This document shows, in pieces, positions 36,001 to 43,477 of a stretch of DNA of 64,000 nt. Made by a program: the position numbers and the translations under genes. The stretch is from a virus, in the IMG/VR virus record IMGVR_UViG_3300044940_000144, positions 11,958 through 75,957 of that record; one strand, written 5' to 3'. The notes beneath the pieces are model-generated. The model was not told where the DNA came from and made no database searches. It worked only from the letters and a program-made list of their open reading frames with translations. Position 1 is the stretch's first letter. Each line of letters opens with the position of its first letter.

Positions 36001-36325
36001 AGGCGCCGACATAGCGCAGCCAGCACTCGACCGACATCGCCGTCACCGGTCCGGCAAAGCTTTGGGATCGCCAGACGATCGACTCGTACTGGTCCGAGTG
36101 CGAGGCGGCGGCAAAACGAGCATCAGCCGGGTCGGGGGGCGGGGATGCGACCGTCGTCGGGGAGTGGGTCCCGTCGTGCCCATGCCCGGAGACATCGGGC
36201 TCGGTGGTGTTGCTGCCGGGATTGGTCATCCGCCACCACACAATCGGGGCGTCATCCAGAACCGCATCCTGGTAGGCGCTCGGGGTGGGCGGGGGGAACC
36301 CGGAAAGCCCAAGGAGGAACGTCAT
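33056..36325 (-). CDS. LamG/ConA-repeat protein fused to a baseplate wedge (DUF2313/XkdU-like) domain
   Basis: Three WHH.V.TYDG/YVDG-type LamG units; C-terminal ATW....WE...GI......L.QRR. Confidence 0.8.
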   Translation of the reverse strand: MTFLLGLSGFPPPTPSAYQDAVLDDAPIVWWRMTNPGSNTTEPDVSGHGHDGTHSPTTVASPPPDPADARFAAASHSDQYESIVWRSQSFAGPVTAMSVECWLRYVGAYPSNGIELVSLKWYQMAGGWALFADPAGIIKFMWNHVPGGHKTCQTPSVGWNDGYWHHIVATYDGVTARVYWDGAISGTLSYADPDPFCGTQTNLRAGYTSESGVTRHMTEVAVYDYALTPDRVAAHYYAMRDPYWHQVIKYKPVGFWRPRNPVHSGTDPDLAVKNANQITYVGTSASSLESAVASTNNKVAIWRMNSVGSTTATDSSGNGKHGTWAVTSVQGDQSVVPGYISTKFPDTDDQYLERNELLVSATMSFMAVVRPTLLDDAKHLIWCGQTAAGDGFGDENEFHVSLQPSGEVVLIVRTSSGNHSFQTSGAGITAGRTSVVIVTMTTGSGNVKIYVDGILRCTGTLSAAPNFTGWNALTRIGRAYTGSARYFRGDMGHVGIWSGVLTESEVASLSAYARQEISDKGFGDRDAFGVMRATMTSQPRASLSANPVGASTSQVSVSCWFRASVHKSWFNLVHNGWGSAGGWIIHTTSSGQIFFGVTDMSSTMRSVGGVITHNDSVWRHVVGTYDGTWMRLYVNGTQVAASDSYPGITLKTNASWGFVSNGSSTPTNWGPLQVQDPAVFDTALSAAQVAALYESGLGMFAGVNGSSQIDALIDYIPQQVVVSLEGDSTIVVTLVEDESRLPSGVRVDDLFRMGAIGNGRILVTGYVERDGTDLSAVQWRASANGHWSDGHGPVVAGKKFWLWVHGDHPAPWSSASEVLSGWAYSNGVYTVPAWRPVIRLWDRSQVIKRATSLADCQNTPGTWWWELGVLHYHPASGVTPSEQTLAVYDAVFARGHDYRIQVRVVRADTGAAKIVLDNRYTWPYEANNLVDHMIGVTSPSVLRDGMRIRGIYTAIAKMLGDLVATSEDAAYQTFVDNATWSVPIWERQMGIASNPSLPLDQRRDHLVARFRQRGGSREAFFALLKNLVGGLSVTDNYPAYRVDIRLPSVNTGARQRAEALIRDVKPVGIQVVVNQSAFIAGVSKAGDSL

Positions 36326-36963
36326 CCTCCACACCCCCGCAGGAGCAATCCTGAGCGCTTTTGCCTGCGGACCTCAAAGGTGTCAACGCGCACGACGTTT
36401 CCCTCGGTGACGATCCAGACCCGGCCACCGCCCGAGTAGGTGCTGTCACTGACGTTGGACCCGACCTGGGTCCAGGTTCTATTCGACGTGCCGTAAAACA
36501 TCTGGATGGTCGACCCGGTGCGTCGCACGCCGAAATACTCACCGGCCACGAACTCACGGTAGCCGGTCACCAGCGATGTGTAGGAGTCATCGACCACGCG
36601 ATAGGTGCGCCACGTGTCATCCGACGTCGACATGTACTGCATCCGGATCGCATACCCATCCGGCCCCGACGTTCCCATCTGCTGGCCGCAGATCCCGATG
36701 TAGACCGAATGGCCATGGTTCGACGGCAGCGTTGCTATCCTGAGGATCACGTCGATGTCGTTCGGGAACGACCGCAGCGTGTACGCGGACGAGAACGCAC
36801 TCGGGCCGGACCCGGTGACCTTGTTGGACACGACCTGGCAGATCGGATCACCGGCGGCATAGGGCGCGCCCCAGTTGGATGCGCCGACGGTGTTCAGAGC
36901 ACCGTCGGCGTAGGCGAACCCGTCGGAGAAAAGAATGTCCCCGGTGCCGAAGGCAACCGCCAC
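36322..36963 (-). CDS. lectin-like virion protein
   Basis: Beta-sandwich composition; tail block. Confidence 0.65.
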   Translation of the reverse strand: MAVAFGTGDILFSDGFAYADGALNTVGASNWGAPYAAGDPICQVVSNKVTGSGPSAFSSAYTLRSFPNDIDVILRIATLPSNHGHSVYIGICGQQMGTSGPDGYAIRMQYMSTSDDTWRTYRVVDDSYTSLVTGYREFVAGEYFGVRRTGSTIQMFYGTSNRTWTQVGSNVSDSTYSGGGRVWIVTEGNVVRVDTFEVRRQKRSGLLLRGCGG

Positions 36964-36971
36964 GACGGCCC

Positions 36972-37829
36972 CTACTTGTAAGACAGGTTGAGGATCACAT
37001 CACCGGCGGCGACGCTGGTGTTGTCACTGGTCTCGTACGATCCGACGATGGCGAACGCGATCCCCGTCGAGAAACGCAACCCCGGCTCCAGTGGCACGAC
37101 GACGCCACCCGAGGGCGGCACCGGGATGTTGTGGACAAGAAGCGAGCTGTCGCTTGCCGGAGACGGGGCTGAAGCCTTGTTGTAGAGCTTGACGTACTTC
37201 TCGGACGATGACCGGTTATAGGCGTAGATGTGCGTGACCACGCCCGCCGAGGCCTTGACAGAGGTGGCGTTGTTGGTGGCGGCCGAGACAAGCGTGTACG
37301 GGGTCACCCCCTGGGCGGGGTCGACGATCTTCGACACCCATAGGGCGCCAGACGAGTTCGTCGCAAAAGGCGAGTAGTCGGAGTCGGATCCCGCACGCTG
37401 AGTCGGAGTGTCAGTGCGCACCGCCAGCGCGAACACCCCCGTATCGCCGGAAGCATGGACCGCGTCCTCGGCCTTGCCCAGGTGCGTTGCCGATGTCCCC
37501 GGCACGATGGAGGTCCCGATCGTCGAGACCGCAAGCGTCGGCGTGGTCACGTCAACGCGCAGCGACCCGGACGAGTTGACTTGCAGGACCGAGATGTCGC
37601 CGTCGGTGCCCGCCAGTGCCGTCCCTGTATCCTTGCGGATCGCACCGATCATCAGCGCCGGGAGCGTCGTCAGCGCAGGCGCGACGGCATCATTGATGCG
37701 CACCGCCTCGACCGAGCCGTCACCAAGCGTCACGAACTGGACGTGACCTGATGCGCCCTTGTCCGCGGTGGCGATGATCGTCGCGTTGGCCGGTCCTGCC
37801 GGAGAGGTGCTGGTAAGTGTGATCGGCAT
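36972..37829 (-). CDS. virion structural protein
   Basis: KAEDAVH.SGD.G and YVKLYNKA.AP motifs. Confidence 0.7.
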   Translation of the reverse strand: MPITLTSTSPAGPANATIIATADKGASGHVQFVTLGDGSVEAVRINDAVAPALTTLPALMIGAIRKDTGTALAGTDGDISVLQVNSSGSLRVDVTTPTLAVSTIGTSIVPGTSATHLGKAEDAVHASGDTGVFALAVRTDTPTQRAGSDSDYSPFATNSSGALWVSKIVDPAQGVTPYTLVSAATNNATSVKASAGVVTHIYAYNRSSSEKYVKLYNKASAPSPASDSSLLVHNIPVPPSGGVVVPLEPGLRFSTGIAFAIVGSYETSDNTSVAAGDVILNLSYK

Positions 37830-37831
37830 GT

Positions 37832-38239
37832 TTACGCCTCAGTGTGTGAGAAAAAGCCAGCGGGGATCTTCAGGGGGACGTTGCTGTAAGTCTGGATCGG
37901 GCTCGCTAGCTGAGCCGTCGCCCGGCAGTTGCCGCCGGTCGATGCGTCCCACACCGACACGTGGGTCACAAGACCCCAGTCGCCGCCGGTCGGAGTGGAG
38001 AACGCAATGTCGATTTTGCTGGTGATGACGTTTCCCGAACGCTGCCATGTCACCGATGAGTTCGTGACCGACTTGCGCACGTATCCGTTCACCGACGCGC
38101 ACTCGTTGGCGGTTCCGTCCGGTCCCGGAGGTCCCGTGTGCAGGGCCAAATAGACGGTCCCGGGCACGCTGGGTGTTGCCAGCCCGTACTCGTAGTCGAG
38201 CATCCTCCCACCCAGGTATGCCGTCTTTGATCCCGCCAT
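37832..38239 (-). CDS. minor tail/fibre protein
   Basis: YLALHT..P...GY.R...WG.VTH...WDASTGGN. Confidence 0.8.
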   Translation of the reverse strand: MAGSKTAYLGGRMLDYEYGLATPSVPGTVYLALHTGPPGPDGTANECASVNGYVRKSVTNSSVTWQRSGNVITSKIDIAFSTPTGGDWGLVTHVSVWDASTGGNCRATAQLASPIQTYSNVPLKIPAGFFSHTEA

Positions 38240-38249
38240 CGAATCGCTC

Positions 38250-39863
38250 CTAGTTCAGCGTAAGGGTACCGAGCACGGGCCTTTGGTCGGGGCCCAGCAC
38301 GATGTTCGAGGCCGACAGGTTCATGGTCACCGACGAGTAGCTCACGACACCAGGGGTGTCGTGGATCAGGTTGGCGATGTCGGTCAGGTAGATGACCTGG
38401 CCAGGGGCCGTCGTCCTGAAGAAGTCCTGGATCGCCTGGGAGATGTACGGCTCGACGTCGGCGTTGGTGACCCCGGTCTGAAGCACCAGCGATGCCGCGA
38501 CGTTGATCGCCAGAGCCCGGGCCGAGCGCACCGTGATCTGAACGCCCAACGGGGCCAGGCCACCGCTGAACCCACCCTTGTCGCGGGCGATGCGCAGCCC
38601 GTCGAACACCATGACCGCGGTGCCGCTGGCGGACGCCTTCAGCCGGATCGTGATCCCGGCGACGGCCCCCCAGGAGAACGTGCCGGTGCCGTTGGTAATC
38701 ACGAAGTCCGAGCGCTTGACCTTCAGGTGGGCGCGGCTGGTGACGTTCGCCATGCCGTTGATGTTCGCCTCGGGGATCGTCGCCTCGGCCTTGGCGACGC
38801 TCGCGCCACCGGCGGCGTAGAACTGAATGACCAGCGCATCGACCGAGGCGAGGGTGTTGGACGCCGACTCACGACGCACGAACAACCAGATCTCATCGTC
38901 GTTGTCGTCCCACGGCGCCAGGTTCAGCGGAACATCGAGGCTCATCGATGCAATGCTCGACGTCGTCGCCGTCAGGCGACGCGACCCCTGCCCCTCCAAG
39001 GGGGTGTCCGCCACGTACTCCCCGCCGACCCAGTTCTCGATGCCCTCGAAGTGGGCCAGGCACATGACCGATGGGTCGAACTGGGACTGCAGCAGATCGA
39101 CCGTCTGCGTCTGGCACCACGGCAGGGCGGCATTGCCGACGACCACCAGACCGGTGCCGTTGCCGTCCCACAGGTCGTCTACACCGACCACGCCGACGTC
39201 GGAGTTCTGCATGGCGAGGGTCTTGTACGTGTTGGCGTTGCCGGACTCGGGAAACACGCTCGCCCGCTGGATGGCCGCACGGCGCAGCCCCTCGTCGTCC
39301 TGCTCGTCGATGCCACCGGACGCCGCCGACTCGTTGGTGACGCTCACCACACCACTGGGAGCGTCCACGATGATCGTGACCGACCCGGCGGGGACATTAC
39401 CGGCAGAACCCTCGACAGTCGCCACCGCACGCACCTGGACCATGCCAGCGGCCAGGATCGTCGCCTCGGACTGGGTCACGAAACCGACGCCCGCAGAGCC
39501 GGTGACCGGATTCCCCTCGGTGGCGAACTGGGAGCCGACCGGCACGACCGTGCCCTCGGCACCGGATATGGTCAGCGTCACCTCGGCACGGGTGGCGCCT
39601 CCGCGGGTGATACCCAGCTCGGCGGACCGCAGTTCGAGCAGGTCACCTTCCGCGTACTGAAGGAACGTCCCGAGTGCCGCCTCGCGGATATAGGCGACCA
39701 GCCGACGGCGCTCGATCACGAACGGCATCAGGATCCCGTGCAGCACCGAGCCCTCACGGGTGTTCCATGTCTCCCCACCGGCCAACGGCGGGAGGTCCGC
39801 GACCATCCGCGCGTAGACCTCTTCGTCGCTTTCCAGCGGCAGAAGGTTGTCGATATCAGCCAC
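38250..39863 (-). CDS. baseplate J-like protein with an internal insertion
   Basis: G..GNV.AG.V, VTN..A.GG.D.E.D..LR, and C-terminal PGV..Y. Confidence 0.88.
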   Translation of the reverse strand: MADIDNLLPLESDEEVYARMVADLPPLAGGETWNTREGSVLHGILMPFVIERRRLVAYIREAALGTFLQYAEGDLLELRSAELGITRGGATRAEVTLTISGAEGTVVPVGSQFATEGNPVTGSAGVGFVTQSEATILAAGMVQVRAVATVEGSAGNVPAGSVTIIVDAPSGVVSVTNESAASGGIDEQDDEGLRRAAIQRASVFPESGNANTYKTLAMQNSDVGVVGVDDLWDGNGTGLVVVGNAALPWCQTQTVDLLQSQFDPSVMCLAHFEGIENWVGGEYVADTPLEGQGSRRLTATTSSIASMSLDVPLNLAPWDDNDDEIWLFVRRESASNTLASVDALVIQFYAAGGASVAKAEATIPEANINGMANVTSRAHLKVKRSDFVITNGTGTFSWGAVAGITIRLKASASGTAVMVFDGLRIARDKGGFSGGLAPLGVQITVRSARALAINVAASLVLQTGVTNADVEPYISQAIQDFFRTTAPGQVIYLTDIANLIHDTPGVVSYSSVTMNLSASNIVLGPDQRPVLGTLTLN

Positions 39864-40341
39864 CCACGACCCCCTGCAGAGCGATCCGGGCAGAATCGTC
39901 CAGGACGGGAACTGCAAAAAAGAACACCGGATCGCCGGTGTCCTCCGGGGGCATCACCTGGACCTCGGACACCCCGACGATGCGATCATGACGCAAAAGC
40001 GTCTCCCGCAGCATCGCCTCGATCTGGGTGGCAAGGGCCGAGCTCGGGAATCCGGACCCGATCAACACGTTCATGTCGGAGCCGAAATCCGGCGAGTAGC
40101 ATAGATCCGCACCGCGAATGGTGTTCATGGCGATCGTCAGCCACGACACGAGCGCAGCCTGCTCGGTGGAGATCTCCAGATCGCCGTCCGGGCCGAGGAC
40201 CAGGTCGTTCGTCAGCGGGTCATACCCCAGGTCGTGACCGAGGGGGGTCTGCTGATCGACGACCGATGCCGCGTCCTCTGCTTTCGGATTGAGCAGAGGG
40301 ACCGTCAGGCCGAAGTCCTCGAAGCGCGGCAGCACCCCCAT
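39856..40341 (-). CDS. baseplate wedge / sheath initiator (gp25/XkdS-like)
   Basis: YS.DFGS...LIG...E.LL.HDRI..V. Confidence 0.8.
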   Translation of the reverse strand: MGVLPRFEDFGLTVPLLNPKAEDAASVVDQQTPLGHDLGYDPLTNDLVLGPDGDLEISTEQAALVSWLTIAMNTIRGADLCYSPDFGSDMNVLIGSGFPSSALATQIEAMLRETLLRHDRIVGVSEVQVMPPEDTGDPVFFFAVPVLDDSARIALQGVVGG

Positions 40342-40623
40342 CTAACCCATCTCCACGGGGGCGATGAACCACTCTCCGCTAGACACAGACACGACGATCA
40401 CCATGTCTCCGACCTCTGGCACATACTTCGGATCGCGCAGTATGTGCGGCGCCGACACGTCTATGTTAGATGCCGGGATCGTCACCGTCAGCGGCACAAG
40501 GTCGGTTACCTCGCCGCGCTCGACGTAGACGCCCTCGCGCCTTTGGATGCCACGCGCGCGAGCGTCCATCGCCGCGATCACCGCCGACGCGAATCGGTCC
40601 TCCGGCCTTCTACCCGATGCCAA
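40342..40623 (-). CDS. baseplate spike-like protein (XkdR position)
   Basis: G.V....PLTV...P.VGD.V OB-like pattern. Confidence 0.6.
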   Translation of the reverse strand: MASGRRPEDRFASAVIAAMDARARGIQRREGVYVERGEVTDLVPLTVTIPASNIDVSAPHILRDPKYVPEVGDMVIVVSVSSGEWFIAPVEMG

Positions 40624-42736
40624 GGAGACTCCTGGCCCGCGAGTACTGGGCAGCGTACTGGGATCCCGTCGGATTGGCCGACTTCTCGATGTCCTGGATC
40701 CAGCCCGGATAGCCGGACGGTCCCTTGGACGCCCAGCGCGACTTGATCTTGTTGGCCTCGCCGATGAACCACTCGATCTGAAGCTGAGGACGCCGCCGCA
40801 TCTGCTCCCAGTCATATCCGTTGCTACGGGCCCGGCTTGGGTGAATCGAGAAGAATCCCATCGCCAGGTCATCATAGGAGGGACCCCCGTCGGGGTACGG
40901 AGCGTGGTTTTTGAGCCCTGACTCGGCCAGCGCCGCCATCACCGGAAGCTCGGGCGGAAGGCCGTATTTCTGCGCAGCCGCGCCCATCCAGCGCGCGATT
41001 GCCTGAGGGCCCGCATTGTCGCCGGGGTACGACGATGAGCCGACGATGTCGGCGGTCACACCCGACCCAAAGCGACCACCAGACGAGTCGATGTTGCTGA
41101 TCTGCCCGGGGGCAAAGACCCACTCGTCCGGCGGGACACCCGCCGAACCGCCCAACGGCGCGATCCGGATGGCCCTCGTCCGGGTGGGACGCGACGATGG
41201 CGCTCGTGCCGTCGCCGATTCCGAGATCGTCAGATGGACGTGATCCGAGTGCCCGCCGATGGGGCCGATCGAGATTCCGTTCTTCCAGCCCCCGAGGGGG
41301 TCGTAGTAGACCTCGGTGAACTGGTCGAGGTGCTGAGACGCCCACCTGGCAAGCGCCATCATCGCGCTGGCCGACCCGCTCAAGTCGGCCGCCCGCCCCC
41401 ACTGCATGTGGTACGAGTTCGCCGATCCCCCGACCGCAGCGTTCTGTGACGGACTGCGGAAAGTGGACGTCACCGTCAGGCCGAAGCGCTTGGCGAGCTC
41501 ATAGGCCCACGAGTAGTCGCCCGTGTATGTCACGCCCGACGACGTCGGGCCCGAGCGCGCCACGACGGTCTCGCCTGCTGAAGACACCTGCTCGGGCTTG
41601 AGCTCGTCGCTGGACAGCTCCGCCTCGGGGAACTGGGCGACACGGTCCAGCTCGACGTGCATCGAGTGGGTTCCTGCGGAGATCGTATGCGAGACACTGG
41701 TCACGAAAAACGTGCCCCGCAGACGCGACCCGGACTCCTCGATGTAGACCGAGTCGGCGGCCCGCATGAACGGGATGCCCTCGGCCTCGACCGTGATGGT
41801 CCGCTTGAGGTCGCCCCGCTTGACAAGCTCCTGGCGGATGGCGCGCTCAAGTGCCGCCGCAGATGTCCTCGGAGCGGTCATGACGTTCTTGCGCAGCCTG
41901 CCATAGCGCCGCACGTCGCCCGACACGACCCGCACCCGCCGGACCTCACGGCCGTTGCCGGAGACCCCGACACCCAGAACGTCGGTGACCTTGCCGTCCA
42001 GCGATTCCTCCCACTGGAGCGACATCAGATTCGACCCTTCCTTGATCACCCAGGTCATATTGGTCTGGACGGCGGGGGAGATGACGATCTTGTCAAGATC
42101 GACCATCGAGCCACGCGCCGGATCGAATCTGCCCGCCCGGATGCGATAGCGCACCCCCGAGACAGCCTTGTCGGCCATCAAGGCCTTTACGATCGCCTCG
42201 TATGGCGTGCTTGAGCGCAGCATCAGGTACGGGATGCGATAGCGCGTCGGGGTGACCCTGGCGTCGATCTCCAGGTCGAACAGGATCGTCTCGGCGATCT
42301 CGGAGGCCAGCCAGCCGCGCGGGTGGGACTTGGTCTTGCGAAAAAAATAGTCCGCCTCTCCCTCGCGCTGGAGAAACGACGATACATCGAACACGGTTAC
42401 GTTGACCGTGTTCGCATACCTGTCGGTGAAGGCGCGACCCCAGACATAGAGCATCGGGCAGATGTGCCCCCAGCGCTTGGTCTCGGGATCCTGCATCGAC
42501 ACATCAAGCCATGTCCCGGGAGCCAGCACCTTGTGCGCCAGATCAGCCGAGTTGTCGAGCGTCAGCGAGCCCTCGATGGCAGCCTTGTCGGCCTGCTCGG
42601 ACCAGGAGATCGTGACGACCAGCTCGGAGATGTCGACCGCGTCGGATTCGAACGGGTAGGCGACCACCCGGACCGCGCGCAGGTCGGGGAAGTCCCCCGC
42701 CGCCGGAGTCGTCACAGCCCGTGGTCTCGTCGGCAC
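40610..42736 (-). CDS. baseplate hub (XkdQ-like) with peptidase M15-like and lysozyme-like domains
   Basis: Hub N-terminus; R...N..VGG..NS.H...AAD and H.DHVH; AAL.ESGL.N. Confidence 0.8.
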   Translation of the reverse strand: MPTRPRAVTTPAAGDFPDLRAVRVVAYPFESDAVDISELVVTISWSEQADKAAIEGSLTLDNSADLAHKVLAPGTWLDVSMQDPETKRWGHICPMLYVWGRAFTDRYANTVNVTVFDVSSFLQREGEADYFFRKTKSHPRGWLASEIAETILFDLEIDARVTPTRYRIPYLMLRSSTPYEAIVKALMADKAVSGVRYRIRAGRFDPARGSMVDLDKIVISPAVQTNMTWVIKEGSNLMSLQWEESLDGKVTDVLGVGVSGNGREVRRVRVVSGDVRRYGRLRKNVMTAPRTSAAALERAIRQELVKRGDLKRTITVEAEGIPFMRAADSVYIEESGSRLRGTFFVTSVSHTISAGTHSMHVELDRVAQFPEAELSSDELKPEQVSSAGETVVARSGPTSSGVTYTGDYSWAYELAKRFGLTVTSTFRSPSQNAAVGGSANSYHMQWGRAADLSGSASAMMALARWASQHLDQFTEVYYDPLGGWKNGISIGPIGGHSDHVHLTISESATARAPSSRPTRTRAIRIAPLGGSAGVPPDEWVFAPGQISNIDSSGGRFGSGVTADIVGSSSYPGDNAGPQAIARWMGAAAQKYGLPPELPVMAALAESGLKNHAPYPDGGPSYDDLAMGFFSIHPSRARSNGYDWEQMRRRPQLQIEWFIGEANKIKSRWASKGPSGYPGWIQDIEKSANPTGSQYAAQYSRARSLLGIG

Positions 42737-42742
42737 GTTTTC

Positions 42743-43477
42743 CTACTTGGTGAGCTTCAAGACCTTCTTGGCGTCCGGGATGGTCGCCTTCGGCGTCCAC
42801 TTGATGCCGTTCATCTTGGCGATCTCCTTGGCGCGCGACGGGGTGCCGAAAAAGCGATAGGAGACATCGAAAAGATCCTCCCCGGAGCGCGGCTTGTAGG
42901 TCTTGGGCAGCTTCTCATAGCGGACCCCGGCCTTGACCGTCAGCTTCTGCTTGCGCCACTCGGTGAACGTGATCGAGAACAGGCGGTGGTGCGGACGACC
43001 CGGCGCCTCCGACCAGGCAAAGCTTGTGATCGCCACCGGCAGGTTGACGATCAGATGGTCGATGCTCAAAAGCACCACGTCCTGGGAGACGTGCAGGTTG
43101 GTGAGCACCTTCACGTATGCGTCCGCATCCTTGAGCATGAAGCTGGCATCCGGGATGCCGACGCAAACGTGCTTGTCGTACCAGGAAGGAAAGAATCCCT
43201 GCATGCTCACCTGGGCGAGCCCACGCCCCGCCGGGTGGATGACATCCCCGAAGCCCACGATCGAGACGGTGTTCCACTTGCCCGACGGCGTGAACTCGTA
43301 CGACTCCGGCGGCACCGGGAACCAGATGCCGGTGGGCGCGATCGACGCCTTGGAGCGCGTGACGTTCGCATCGGCACGCAGATAGACCGCCCGCCCCTCC
43401 GGCGTGACGTTCTTGCTCTTGATCGACCCTCCGTACTCGGAGACCTCGAAGGTGCGCACGGAGTAGTTGGTGCTCAT
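42743..43477 (-). CDS. tail tube initiator with a LysM-like C-terminus (XkdP-like)
   Basis: FPV.PE; Y....GE.L..VS..F.G......IA..NGI. Confidence 0.8.
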   Translation of the reverse strand: MSTNYSVRTFEVSEYGGSIKSKNVTPEGRAVYLRADANVTRSKASIAPTGIWFPVPPESYEFTPSGKWNTVSIVGFGDVIHPAGRGLAQVSMQGFFPSWYDKHVCVGIPDASFMLKDADAYVKVLTNLHVSQDVVLLSIDHLIVNLPVAITSFAWSEAPGRPHHRLFSITFTEWRKQKLTVKAGVRYEKLPKTYKPRSGEDLFDVSYRFFGTPSRAKEIAKMNGIKWTPKATIPDAKKVLKLTK

